Shown here piece after piece: positions 32,868 to 46,340 of a DNA stretch of 64,000 nt. Location: contig OZ024743.1 of the NCBI GenBank assembly GCA_964016885.1, forward strand, positions 285,324,001-285,388,000, read 5' to 3'. The position numbers and the translations under genes were made by a program. Source of the DNA: Eledone cirrhosa. Taxonomy: Eukaryota. The notes under the pieces are model-generated. The model worked only from the letters and a program-made list of their open reading frames with translations, was not told where the DNA came from and searched no databases. Every line of letters begins with the position of its first letter. Within the stretch, counting starts at the first letter, position 1.

Positions 32868-33310
32868 TAATAATAATGAAATATTGTGTACAGTGCTCAG
32901 GTGCACAACTCATCAAAAAGTGTATGTATAGTACATAGGGTAATGTACAAACATCAGGAAAATGAACAGTGCATGAGTCATGATACACACGTGTGCATGT
33001 GTATGGAAGGGGTACATCAGGTGTAGTTTTGGCATATTTCGGGAAGCATGAGTGTCTTAAAGGAGGCAGTGTCTCGGCAGCTAACAACTGACGCAGGCAG
33101 TTTGTTCCATGCTTCAGCAACTCTGAGCGTGAAAAAATGTCTACGAAAGTCATGGGAGCTGTGCTGTTTTCTGATTTTGTAGGCATGTCCACGTGTGTTA
33201 GACACATGGAGATCAAAAAGGTGCTCAGGGTTGCAATTGGCGAGATGGTTAATAACTTTGTGGGTATTTACCAAGTCCATTGCCAGACGTCGGAGCTTCA
33301 ATGTAACATT
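32868..33310 (-). mobile_element. CR1-type LINE 3' fragment (a short related piece lies at ~31348-31412)
   Basis: ORF 33017-33301 LRRLAMDLVNTHKVI...NTRGHAYKIRK...RRHFFTLRVAEAWNKLP...FK matches the CR1 ORF2 C-terminus; (ATT)n-like tail. Confidence 0.85.
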
Positions 33311-34194
33311 TCATTTCATTGTTAGTATTGCAAGTGAAGATGACTAATCCTTTAATTTTAATGTCTTGTACAGTGTGAAACCACATTAGTAAGATATCCT
33401 TCAAAAGTACAAAACACCACTATGACTGCATCATATAAAAATGAAAGCCTTTAGTCTACTGCAAATTTTTTCAACAATCTGCCCACTAGTAAGGATTCTA
33501 TAAAAATTTAAATTAAGCATGTTTTTAGATATTTTCTGCTAAATCATCAAAAGCTGTTAAGATTTAATGCAGAGTCTTATATATCTGTTGTCTTGCATCT
33601 ACCTAAGAAATTATATTAGAATTTTTAATGGCAATGATTTGACAGAAAAGATATTCTGTTTGGTGTTATCATCTTATCAGTGTCAAACTTGCATCTTTCC
33701 AACTCCCTCAAGTAGTTTGTAAAGCAGGAAAAAATGATATGCTGGATTGAGTAAATCAATTATAAATTCTTCCTTATAAAAATTGATTTTTTTTTTTTTT
33801 TTTTTTTGTTGTTGCTTTAAGAAACCAGTATATTGAAATGTTTAATTTGTTGCTTGCTGGTACAAGTCACTGACCCTGTCAAATTTAGTTGTTTTTTCTT
33901 TAGTGATTGATACTTTAGGTTTGTTAAAAATGTTAATATTTGTTGTTGGGTAGGTAATGTTTTTGAGTTCAACCAGCAATTATAAATTCATGAATCTCAT
34001 ATTCATTTCATTTTAAAGTTAGCTCTACATTTTCAGATATTTACTTCATATTCATTCTACCGTATGCCTATAGCACTCTCATCACATTAAATCTATTATA
34101 TTTATTCCTGTATAAGACACATTTTTTAAACCAGATTTTTAACCTAAAGAAATTAAGAGTGTGCATTATACATGAGAGCTAAATGTTATCTATC

Positions 34195-34238
<44 letters not shown>

Positions 34239-34939
34239 CTGTCTGTATATTTACTCTTTATGTCCTGACGTTAAAGAGCAATAAAATGAGTACGAGACTA
34301 GAAACGGTAAGTACTGTGGTCAATGGTAACTAAAATCCCTTGAAAGTGGTGCTCCAGCATAGCTGTAGTCTAATGCCTGAAACCACTAAAAGAATGTATG
34401 TAATAGGAATTTACCATTGTCATCATTGCCTAAAAGCAACGTGTTGATAAATCTGGAATGGCCTGATCAACACTCATTATAAATGGAAAAAGTTTGTTGA
34501 AAGGGCTTTGTACAGAATGCACAGATGTGTAGAAATAGACAGAGAATAACAAATGCCCATAGAAAATTCAATTACCTGAACCATTGGTGTTTTCTGCTGC
34601 ATCTAGCTATATATGTGGCTAAATGCACATTTACAGCAATTGTATATGTAAGTGGATTAAATGAGGCTTCATCAGCAGATATCCTTATAGAGTTGTATGT
34701 TTTTTGTGGAAACTATTTGGATGACTGCTTCTGCCACATATGTTTAGCAGTTACTGTTGCCATGGGGCTACTTAGAAGTAAGCCTATTAGCAAATTATAT
34801 AGATCCTACAGCTTATAAAGCTTAGAAATAGCCCTGAAACTCAGCACTTGACTAACTTAGTAGAATAAAAATTAGTGTATATGATAGGAATTTACTACTG
34901 TCATGTAGGTTATATATATGTGTGTGTGTGTGTTCGATG

Positions 34940-35220
34940 TGTCAGAAAGGGGTGGGCAGAATTCTATAGGGTGCACACAGTGTAATCTATGAATGCACAA
35001 GAGTGGGATTAAAGGCAGGTTAACAGAAAAGATAGACTTTGTATGTGGCAGATGCTTCGGAAAAGTAAGCACTAAGAACACACGTACAGTAGATTCCTTC
35101 AGTTGCTAGGGGGTCCTTTAGAAATTGTCAACAGCTTTTGTTACTAGGGGATCAAATTAGCAGTGGGAAGAAAGGCTGGGAGAAATTAAGAGAGCTGATA
35201 CCTCTGCTGATAACAAAGGG

Positions 35221-35264
<44 letters not shown>

Positions 35265-35660
35265 AGTGAAGGATAGACTGTATGATGTCTGTGTGTGAAA
35301 TGCAATGCTACATAGCAGTGAAACATGGGACTTGACAGTAGAACACCTGTAAAGGCTGGAAAGAAATGAAGCAATTATGCTCTAATAGATTTGTAATGTT
35401 AGTGTGCATAAATGACGTAGTGTAAGTGACCTGAGAGAAAAACTCGGCATAAGAGGAGTTGAATATAGTGTGCAAGAGAGAAGACTGCACTGCTATGGAC
35501 TTGTGATGCATATGGAAGATAGCAACTGCATAAAGAAATGCAAAGAAATCCTAGTGGTTGGAACTCATGGAAGAGGCAGGTCTAGACTTGGAATGAGTGA
35601 AGAAGGACCTTAAGAAACACTGAGATGACAAAGGATCAAGAGGGCTGGCACTATGATGTG
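34940..35660 (+). mobile_element. Decayed RTE LINE 3' portion with an inserted (CT)n
   Basis: Degenerate PHD segment (~34970-35056), KGFSL, RLYDVCV, LHSSETW and RRLHCYGLV. Confidence 0.75.
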
Positions 35661-35920
35661 ATGTGTCCCCCACTTCCAGTAGCCATCTTCAACACCACCG
35701 ATGCCCCCCATACCACTCCTTGGATATCCCTCTCTAAAGCCCTTATCTATCCTCACTGGTGCACCTTAATGGCTACTCATTCTCTACCCCCTTGTGCTTC
35801 CCCCTCTACCACCTTATTGCCCCTTTATTGACCACACCAAGCTCACTCCCACACCATTACACCCCTCTCCTCATACACTATCAGCCAACCCTTACTCATT
35901 ACCTTGCTAAACCATCCCAT

Positions 35921-36795
35921 ATAAGACTTGTCCCAAAAGTAAGGGTATTGATGTTTTATTTAAATGTATATTAGATGCACATGAAATTACAAGTTATCTC
36001 CTTCAAAATATGACCCTTGGGAAGTCACACAGTGGTTCCAACTTTTTTTTTTTTTTTTTTTCTAGAATTCAGTTTCTGCGAGTGTCCTTGGCTCATTGTT
36101 TCCAATTGTTTGTATGTTTTCCAGTCTCAGAATGATGACCGATTTCAATTAAGAGAGAAGGTAGAAATATTGAAGCTAGATCTGGGCTGTAGGGAGGATG
36201 TAGAAAAGTGCAAATATTTTTCTAGCAAATCTGGACAAGTTTCTAACTAGTTCACTTTTTGCTCCACAGACAAGTGATTTGAACAAATGTTTCACATGTG
36301 TAAATGGTTTGTTAAAATTCTGTCAACTCATTTGTATCCAAGCCTGTTACTTCTGCAATCATCCTCATATTTAATCAGCAATCTTTCACCATCACTGCTT
36401 GCACCACTTCCACATTTTGTTCATTTGTTGACGAGATTAGACTTCAAGAATAAGGTTCATCTTCAACATTTTCTTAGCCCTCTTTGAAAGCTTTGTGCCA
36501 CTTGCAAACCTTACTTCTCAATAGAGTGGCATCATAAGCTTGTGTTAAAGAATTAAATGTTTTAGTGGCAGATTTGTTGAGTTTCACACACAATTTGATT
36601 GCATATCATTGTTCAATATTTTCCTGCCTCTCAAACATAACAGGTTATAAACAGCAATAACTCACAACTGAATCAATCATGTTGAAACAACTATGTACGT
36701 ACAGCCAAGGTCATAACCAACACACCTATATACATCAAGGTGCTGTGTTATGGCATACATAAGATCAGTACCCTTACTTTTGAGACAAACCCTGT
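35921..36795 (-). mobile_element. Internally deleted mariner element with TIRs
   Basis: TIRs tgtcccaaaagtaagggtattga (~35929) and tcagtacccttacttttgagaca (~36764). Minus-strand HPPYSPDLAS at ~36172-36200. Confidence 0.75.
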
Positions 36796-37276
36796 ACACC
36801 TATAGCTTCATACATATCTCCCTCCCCTATAACTCTGAGCAGAGAGAACTCTTCAGTTTGGACTATGATCAACAGTCTCTAGTGACAGTGCCACAAAAAT
36901 ACATCTGGTACACCCAGTAAGGGCACCCTTGCTGTAGAAACCATGTCTAAAAGGTTTGAGAAGACCAGTTTTGTCAATGACAACTTCTCTAGTGTTGGTG
37001 ATCTACACAAAAAATGCATCCAGTACATGCCCTAAAGGTGTGTGTGTGTTAGGCAAGCTTTCTATGGCTGGATGCCCTTCCTAACAAAATGTTGGAAGGA
37101 CACTCCAGTTGTGTCAAAGACATGATAAAATGCACTTGGTAGAATGTGGAACTGTATGTAAGCAAGATGTGAACCCCCAATATGTCTAGATCAGTGACCC
37201 TGGTTCATTAGACAGTCTGTCCAACCCTTCCTAGCAGGGAAAGTGGATTTTAAGTTTGTATAATAGCTAGTTTATA

Positions 37277-37313
<37 letters not shown>

Positions 37314-40300
37314 ATAAAAATGGAAGTTTTGGCTGTGGACAAGCTAACGATATACAATCAGAAATGTGCAGTAAAGCACTCGATAATGTCACCTGAGAGT
37401 AATAACATACGTTAGAAAGCTTGACAAATTGAAAACTGATCGGTGACCCAGCCACATGAACCAAAGCAACGAGAAAACCAACTCGGGTAACATGACCAAA
37501 CCTGGACCATATCATCGATATTAAGCAATATCTCTGATAGGTTTCTATGAATCTGAAATCGACAATTCCGCTTGTGCAGTATGCAAGGTTTTGGTTTTGG
37601 ATGTTCGAACAGTGCATTCACTTTATCAACAGTGCCGCGAGCGGGTGTGAATCGTAGCAGTAAACTGCTGGCGGTCACATGGTTTTTTTCCCAAAGGGAG
37701 GTAACCCCTGGTTTTTGGCGGTCAAATTCAAATATATATATATTCAGAAAACAACAGCTAGTAAATTCTTAGTGTTGAATATAAAATATTGAGGTGTGGG
37801 ATTGCAGGTAGATTAGGAGAGAAGATAGATTTGTATGCGGCAAATGCTCAGGATTCAGCAATCAGAGCCCCATAGAATAAAATATTTCTAATATTTAGAA
37901 TGCTCGTTAGAAGTAATCAATTTGTTTTACTTAAGTGACCTAATCATCAGTAGAAAGCATAGTAATTAGAATATAGGGCGAAAAAAGTTCAAGGGGCTGT
38001 TAACTTTTCTCCTGACAAGAAATGATTTTATCCATGAGTAACAGGGAGATTGTATGACACTAATGCAATGTCGTATGGTAGCAAAACGTGTATCAAATGC
38101 AGAAAATGTGAGAGCTTGTCAAATGGAACAAGCAAGCAAGCTGGATTTGTAATCTTAGTGTGCATGAACGATGAAGCACAGATGAGTTGAAAGAAAAACT
38201 AGGAATAAGAGTTGGATGTTAAGTGCATTAGAGAAGACTTCATTGGTATGAACATGTAATGCATATGGATGATAACAGGAATTTCAAATAGAAGTAAATG
38301 TCGACAGAAGAGACGAAAGTTAATTTTAGGATGCAGCACCTAACGAAGAAATGCTATGTGATGAGATGTATGATGTACTGTATTTAAGACTCAGGAAAAA
38401 TGAGTTGAATGCCTTTGCTGTCATTAGTTCAATGTTTTCTAACTACTTAATTATCTGTGGCTCTCTAAAATTGGTTTTGGAAATCCTTTAACATATGGGT
38501 ATCACTGAAAATTTCATCTCAATGCAGTGGTTCAAGTTTAAATCAGTTGGTGAAATGGAGCCCATACTTTTTTCAGCTCTACATCAAAACTGAGGTTAAG
38601 TAGCTGTAGTACACTTTGCTGAGATATCATGATCATCATTATTTAACATCTATTTTCCATGCTAGCATGGGTTAGATAGGTTTGGGTCAGGTGACCATGT
38701 CTTGCTCATATAGGACTGTTTCTGGCTGGATGCCCTTCCTAACACCAACCATATATTTCCTGCGTTAACTTCATATCTCTGTTCTTGGTAAATTGATATT
38801 TCAGAAATTGGCCATGCTCCTTGAACATTTTCATCAATATTATTGTCATTGTACACATCTTACACAGATGGGTAAAAGGTAAAAATAACGTTTTGATAGG
38901 TGGAGTAATAGTAAGGGTGAGAGGAAGAAAAAACAAGAATGAAGGAGGTAGTAATGGTAAAAGGCAGAAGTAAGAGAATGCCATTTACTTGTGTATTAAA
39001 TAGTAACTCTGAGGCAGAAAAAGAGAAAGCTATTTACTTAGAGTATGTTACTGACATAATCAAATGCACACATGATATACTGAAAATTGCAGCTGGTGGA
39101 AAAGCAAATATTTTTTTTAAATCAGTTATTTTAACGCATATAGTTTAGTGCAATTAACTGTCTGCTAAACCGAACCTTTTATAAAGAACTAACTTTCCAG
39201 TTAGATTAGCTTTTTCAATGAGAATAAAGCACAATGAAACATTTAATAAGAAAGGGTTGTACAGTATTTTATCATGAACAGTTATGTTAAATTCTTCAGG
39301 GGTAGGATTTTAACTGATAGAACAATGAGGAAAAACTCACTAAAACCATTGTATATAAGGAACTATTAAATTAATTGTATAAATTATGATAATTAATGGT
39401 CTAATAATTCAAATGATACAATGAGGAAATAAATTAGAGTAATTAATGTTTTAGTTGCTAACGACTGGAACATTGACTTACCTCATTACAAGTATAATTG
39501 TTTAATTAAAAAATATTGTTGGCTCTTTACATTAGTAGCTTTCGTTTAAATATACATGTAGGCCTTGAATTAGTAAATAATATCCTGATCAGAGCATTTA
39601 TTTAAAGCTATGTAGACTAAATTATTAATGAGTTAGACTTTCATTCTTTTACTGAGTCAAAAGTACCAGTAATATAGTGACCTAACTACCTATCAACTTA
39701 TTGCTTGACATGATTGCAGAGGTGTAATTAAGGTATGGCACATGCTATGGGCACTTGGACTAGGAGCGTGTTCTATTAAAGTCAAATTAACCCCTTCAGA
39801 TGTATGATGATCTGCAGTTGGACAGTTAAAGAAGCAATCAAGGATATGAAAAATAAAAAAAAGAAGCTGTCAGATTGTCTGAGATAGTTGCCGAAATCAT
39901 CGGATGAAGTAGGACTCGAGGTAAATCAGGTAATACATGATAGTGTAATCATTGTCACAGAGAAAAAGGTGATACTTCAGAAAGGAGCAACTACAGAGTC
40001 TTAATATTGATGGATCATGTTATGAAAGTAAGTATTAACTAATTAGGAAAAAAGTCAAATTAGATGAAATATGTTTGGCCTTGTGCCAAGGAGCACCACT
40101 GATGCTCTCTGCATTGTGAGACAACTACAAAAGACATTCTTAGCAAATGTAAGCTGTTATATCTTGTGGTCTTCAAAGAAGCTATGTATAGATTAGTGGT
40201 TTATGGTGATGCTGTTCATGTTCAAAGATTATTCCTCTTAAAACTATGAAAATAGAGAAACTGAGTCAAGCGATTGTACAACTTGCAGGCTGTGCATGTG

Positions 40301-40713
40301 TAAAGCCACATTACAGAGTTATCAATTAAGAAAAGTCAAAAGAAAGGAACTTCCATTATTCATGTCCTGGTCTGTATGCAGAGTTCTTAAAATGAATATA
40401 TAAGCAAAAAGCAAGTTATAAAAGAAAAATACAATTAAAAAAAGTTTTATCCTTTTATTTGTAAAAAAAAATTAGAAAAGAACTTTTTAAATATAGAATA
40501 AAAACGTCTTAGATATCGACATCCTTTTTCAAGATAGCAAATGTATCTGGAAACTAAAGGGCAGCTTTTAAATGTGACAAGTTACTTGCCATTCACTAGT
40601 AAAAAATGCAAAACAAACATGGTGTACAGAGATTGATTATGTTTCTTATATGTCAGAAGCTAGTATCAATTTTAGTTTATATATCACCCACTTTCAGTTG
40701 AAATGATTTTTTT

Positions 40714-40819
40714 TTAAATTTCAGTCATAAGTTTACTGGCTGCACTGCAAGTTAATTCTAATCCACTAGGTTCCACGTGGAGATGTTTAACAATGCCATC
40801 CTCAACAACCATGGCATAC
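40714..40819 (-). CDS. PRDX5: Peroxiredoxin-5, terminal exon (resolving Cys)
   Basis: ttgtag|G TAT... (R)YAMVVEDGIVKHLHVEPSGLELTCSAASKLMTEI-stop. AATAAA on the minus strand at 40454-40459. Confidence 0.95.
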
Positions 40820-42614
40820 CTACAAAAGAGAAATAAATATACACTTATGTACATAAATTCATCTTCAATAATGATCTTAGTGTATGTACCCAATATACAT
40901 GTATAGGTTGAATTTCGGACCTTTAGGTGTAAAGGATTCACACACACATATACACTAGACCACCCATGACCTGTTGGGACACGTTCACTTCAAAATATAA
41001 AAAAAAAAATTATGTTCACTTAAAAATAATAGAAATATACAGACATGTATATAATGTGAAATGAAACTGAAAGGCCCATATATATACGTGTGTGTATGGA
41101 TATATATAAATGTGTGTGTGTGTATATCATTTTTTTTTTTTTTACGTCCGCTTTTCCCTGCTTCTAAGGATGGGACGGGAACTGATACATATGTGTGGGT
41201 CTCTGATCTATATGCACTGGTCAGACACACATATATATATATGTCTAACCCATGCTAGCGTGGAAGATGGACGTTAAACGAAGATGATGATGATATACAC
41301 AACACCACCAGCTCTCTCTTCCATTCTCTTTCAATCTACTTTCTCACAACCACTATCTCTTTCTCTGTTTATGAAGGTACCTGGAAAAACTCCATATCTC
41401 AGGAACCTGTGCTCCGATTCACACGAAACTTGTTTTATTCCATTTGTATCCCCATTTCAGGTTCAACTTCCTTTCAAAGTATTTTGCCATTATGCGCCCT
41501 TTTGGCTGCATTATATTACAAACAAGCAAGTAATCACACAGTTTTAGTATTATATAGATAGATATATAGTAAATAGAATCGAAGTCAGTGTCGCAGCATA
41601 TGTACAAACTTTATTGGCATATTTCAATTGTTTTGATATTAATCAGCTCAGGGTACAATCATAATAACAGGGCCCCAACTCTTCTTCAACACCTCCTCAG
41701 ATATGCAAGTTTAAATGTGCCTTTGCACATATAAACTTGCATATCTAACACACATACATGTCAGTTTTGTGAAGGCGCGTGGCTGAGTGGTTAGAGAATT
41801 GAATTCGCAATTGTGAGATTGTGGGTTCAATTCTCGGATTGGTGTCTACATGCATGCTAAATTCTCACTGAACTTAACTTTCACTTTATCAACAGCATTC
41901 CTGTATTCATCTACTATGAACACCACTGTATAAAGCAGGGTACCCTGTAAAATGCCATCTTCAAGTCAATGAATGCCAAGTATAATTGTGTGTTCTTGAC
42001 TAAGAAGACGTCAGTGATCTAATTAACAGTGAAAACAGTTGCTTCAAAAGCTAGAATAAGAATTGAATGGGAAAAGCTAGAATAAGAATTGAATGGGAAA
42101 AGTTCAGGGAGCTACTTTCTCTGTTGACAACAAAAGGTCTCTCTTTTTGAATGAAAGGCCGGTTGTATGATGCTGCATAGTAGTGAGACATGGGCACTGA
42201 ATGCAGAGGCTGTAGAGAATGAAGCAAATATGCTTCAATGGGTATGCAATGTTAATGTACATGAACATGGGTGAACTGTGAGAAAAACAGTATAAGAGGA
42301 ATCAGATGTAGTGTGTAAGAGAGAAGACTGCAGTGGTATGGATATATGATGGGTGAAGAAGTGCCAATAAATTCCAATGAAAAGAAATTGCAGTTGAAGA
42401 TCAAGGAAGACCTGGGTGGAGGTGATGAGAGCCAATTTCAAATTGCTAGAAGAGATGAACACAAGTGGAGGGATGCTATGCTGGAAAAGACCCACCCAAT
42501 CCATGCATGGAAAAGCAGGAGTAAAATTAAGATGATGATATGTTAATGTGTCACAAGGAGAGAGAAAGATTATTTTGTGTGAAATCCTTCATTGATTTCT
42601 GTTAATATACTCAC

Positions 42615-42670
42615 CGCTTTGATCGAACATTTCCCAAAACTGCTGAGAGGTCAATGTCAAGACCAAGAGC
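42615..42670 (-). CDS. PRDX5: Peroxiredoxin-5 exon
   Basis: ttatag|...|gtgagt. ALGLDIDLSAVLGNVRSK(R). Confidence 0.93.
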
Positions 42671-44111
42671 CTATAATGTAACACAAACAATAAGAATTAT
42701 TATTATAATTTTGTTTTACTAAAGACATGGTTAATTTTTACGAAGTACTACCATTTATATTGATTCTGGGATGATGGAAGATAAAACTAGCTCCAATGGA
42801 TTTTGTCTCAATAGTAATGTACCTAAGTAGGAACTATAAAGCATATAACCAAGCACACTAATCTCAGTACGTCTTTACTCCAGTATTAAGGGTTTCAAGG
42901 TAACAAATTCATTGGAGAAAGCTTTAAGTAACAAAACACAATTACTACATATCGGTTCTGGTAGATGAAAGACAAAGTTGACTAGAAAATTTGAACTCAA
43001 AATGCTGAGAGATGAAACGAAATCCTTGAAGGCTTCAATTTGGAATTTTGTTGTTAATATGTTTATTTCATTGCCTAATATTATCATTATTACAGGCCAA
43101 AAGAATACAATCATGAATACAAGTGGCCGAAATGGGGTTCCTCTGAAGGATCTTTGGAGTAACATTACTTGATAGAGTGTGTAGCTTAGAGATCAAAAGT
43201 CACTTCAGGTAGAGCTGAATTGAGAGATCACAGCTCTGATATTACGGGCATATGGTTAGAATGTCAAAGGAAAGAATCGCTGGACAGATTTTAGAGGCAA
43301 AACCAACCTGCAGGAGATCCAGGGGTAGATGCCAAGTAAGATGGTTCGATAACATCCATGAAACTTGGCTGGTCTCACTTGGGAATCCAACCGGATCAGT
43401 TGGAGATGGTTGTTTCTGATAGAACCCACTGAAAGGAGTGTTTGGGGGCTGCCCCCCACAACCCTCTCAGAAATAAGTGGACAAAGAAGGCAAATTTTTA
43501 AAAAGATGTCTATTATCTTACTGGATGTTACTTTATTGATATCAGAAATATAAGAAAGATCTGAACATAGAAATTTGAAGCAGCTATAAATATAAGAATA
43601 TATTCCAGCTGAGCAATTTCATGAATACAGAGTATTGTTGTGTCTGTGGCTAAAAGTTGACTTTTAATGACTCAGTCAACTTAGCTTTCAATAGGTGTGA
43701 GATGATTCTCTATTTCTTGTCAGCTGCAGAATTGAATTCAATCGTCTCTTTGAGTATAGCTTGGAGAGGTCTTAAGAGTTTATCAAGTCTACTGAAGACA
43801 TTGATTACCTATAAAGTAGGATTCATAGATGAGGTTAAATACATATGCTCAATATATTAAGTGGTAGGGAAAATGGAAAGGAAGACAGAACTGTAATGAA
43901 ATCTAGATAGGTTATATTGAAAGGAACCTATATATCTCCTTTTTAGGGATTTTAATTGTTAATCACTCACTTCAATAATACGATAACCTTTATATGAAAC
44001 CAATAGCTCATGAGAGACAAACATATGAGTTGCGTGATAACAATGAGATGAACTACAATACTAAGAAGACAACATTGACAATAACAGTAAATAAAACCAA
44101 AAAAAGTTTAC

Positions 44112-44150
44112 CTTGGTAAATTCTGCTTGTATGTCTGCCAACATTCGTAT
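44112..44150 (-). CDS. PRDX5: Peroxiredoxin-5 exon
   Basis: attcag|...|gtaaac. IRMLADIQAEFTK. Confidence 0.92.
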
Positions 44151-44409
44151 CTGAATTAAGAAATAGAGTTCTGTAGAACTTATTTGTGCATAAAGAAACA
44201 ATATTTTCCTTTTTTTCTATGATGGCAAAATCAACTTAATTTATCAATCCTGGAGGGATGAAAAGTAAAGCTGACCTTGGCAGAACCAACAACTATTAGA
44301 TTGGCACAAGGTCTCAAAGGACTATTAAGCTCCTACCCACAAAATTGAAAACCAGTCCAGTATAACCTCTCAAGGATTGGTGCGACATCATAAAAATCTA
44401 CATCTGGAA

Positions 44410-44754
44410 ATCATCATCATCATCATTTCATTTTACATCCGGTTTACCCTGCTTGCAAGGGTGGGACGGGAACTGATTCTGGCTTGATTTCTACAGCTGG
44501 ATGCCCTTCCTAACACCAACCTCATTTACAGTGAGTGCTGGATGCTTTTTTGTCGTGGCACCTACACAACCATTTTGCAGTGGAATGATAGGGACCCCAG
44601 TCCCTATCATCTCATTTCTACAGCTGAGTAAACTGGAGCAATGTGAAATAAAGTGTCTTGCTCAAGGAAACAACACATCACCTGGTCTGAGAATTGAACT
44701 CAGAACCTTTCGATTGCAAGGGCAATGCTCTAAACTACTAAGCCATGTGCCTCC
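44410..44754 (-). mobile_element. tRNA-derived SINE with RTE tail (same family as 11053-11387) in a PRDX5 intron
   Basis: Near-identical to the 11 kb copies; (ATC)n tail on the + strand. Confidence 0.9.
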
Positions 44755-44853
44755 AGATAAGTATACTATTTAAAAAAAACAAGAGAGAGAAACTAATATG
44801 GCTACTGTTTCACTCTAGCTATTCTGGCACAACAAATTGAATTAAAGGCTCAC

Positions 44854-44985
44854 CTTTCCTGTTGCATTATGGGTTTCTCCCCAAGCTTTCATAACAAATG
44901 GGTCATTGACTGACACACAGTTGATAGAGATGATCCCTTTCTGCTTTAGTTCATTATGTTTCTCTATATAACCAGGTAGATGAGA
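44854..44985 (-). CDS. PRDX5: Peroxiredoxin-5 exon
   Basis: ttctag|...|gtgagc. SHLPGYIEKHNELKQKGIISINCVSVNDPFVMKAWGETHNATGK. Confidence 0.96.
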
Positions 44986-46205
44986 CTAGAAAAATAAAAA
45001 AAGTACAAAAGTTATTTTACATGTATCACAAATGTTGCTTGATCCCTGCCTTTCCAGCCTGGCCAAAGATGTCACTCACTATCTTATCACCATCTTTGGC
45101 AAGCACCATCTACCTTTCAGATGGCAGTATTTGATGTCAGACTAACAACCACAGTATTTGACTGGTACTTTATTTTATTGACCCCCAAAAAGATGAAAGG
45201 TAAAGTTAATTTCAATGTGATTTGAACTCAGAACATAAAAAACTGAGACAAATACTGAAAAGAATATCTGACACTTTTATAATTCTGCCAATCCACACAA
45301 TAAGACAGCCTATATAAAAATTGTCATTTTAACATCCGCTTTCCCTGCTAGCAAGGGTTGTATATAATGTAGCCAAAACACTGTCAGCCATTCCTCCCAT
45401 CACCTACCCTATATAAGTTATCCTAAACATAGATTACATTTTGGAAATCTGCAGGGCTTGAAGTCAAGGCCATCAAACATCATGAAACATTGAAACCTTT
45501 TAACACTTCATATTAAGTAGGACTCTTAATGTGAAGTGTTGAAATGTCTGGATGTCCAAAAGAGTAAATATTATCATGTGAACTATTTTCTCATTACTAA
45601 ATCTGATATTTGTTTTATTGATGGATGAGACACTAAATTAATTGATGTAAGATTTAAATCACAGAACTGTACTCATATAAATAACAGTACCAATTCTGGA
45701 ACAATTATCTACATACCAATTTCACAATACATGTGATACTAGGTACTCTATGATGACAGTTTGTTGCACAAACTGTAACAGCTTGTTACTCTATTGCTTG
45801 AATTCATCAGATACAAATGTAATATTCATGCGTTTGTTAAGGATAACAGGATATAAAATAAATGCAGTGAACTGGCTGTTAAAAACAGAAATCACATTGC
45901 AGACACAGCTCATAAGACCTGACTAACTTCCACTTAGAAGCATTGTTTTTACATAGATTGTAAAGAGCACTCCTTATGGTATTAAATTACTATCTTTCCT
46001 ACTTATTAAAACTTCAGTCTTTGCTGTGTTTGCTTTTAAGCCCATCGATTCTAGATTCTTCTTTTATATCTTGAATTTTGCCTAACTCTTTTCCAGATTC
46101 AGCTATAAGGACTAGGTTATATGTTTATGGAATTTTCCAAAATAATATAACAGTTGGAATGGGACGCACACACACATACACAAAAAAAACAAAGAATCAA
46201 CTTAC

Positions 46206-46340
46206 TTCTGAACAGGTAGGAGTAAATGCTCCTGGTACACCAAAAATGACATGTTTTCCACTACCAAACAGTTCACTAGCATTCAGTTTGGTGTTTGGAT
46301 TGTGTTCAAAGAGACTGGCACTAGGGATAGTGTCACCAAC
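46206..46340 (-). CDS. PRDX5: Peroxiredoxin-5 exon with peroxidatic Cys
   Basis: ttacag|...|gtaagt. VGDTIPSASLFEHNPNTKLNASELFGSGKHVIFGVPGAFTPTCSE (PGAFTPxCS motif). Confidence 0.97.

Noticed and set aside
40684-40716. Stop-codon readthrough creating a PTS1 on PRDX5
   Set aside because: The extension would end in ESG, and the stop is TAA-A, a poor readthrough context.
42046-42102. 26-bp tandem duplication aaaagctagaataagaattgaatggg
   Set aside because: Local slippage inside a decayed RTE fragment.
42870-43920. Possible decayed L1/Tx1-like LINE on the minus strand
   Set aside because: Composition is suggestive, but I could not read convincing motifs, so it is left unannotated.
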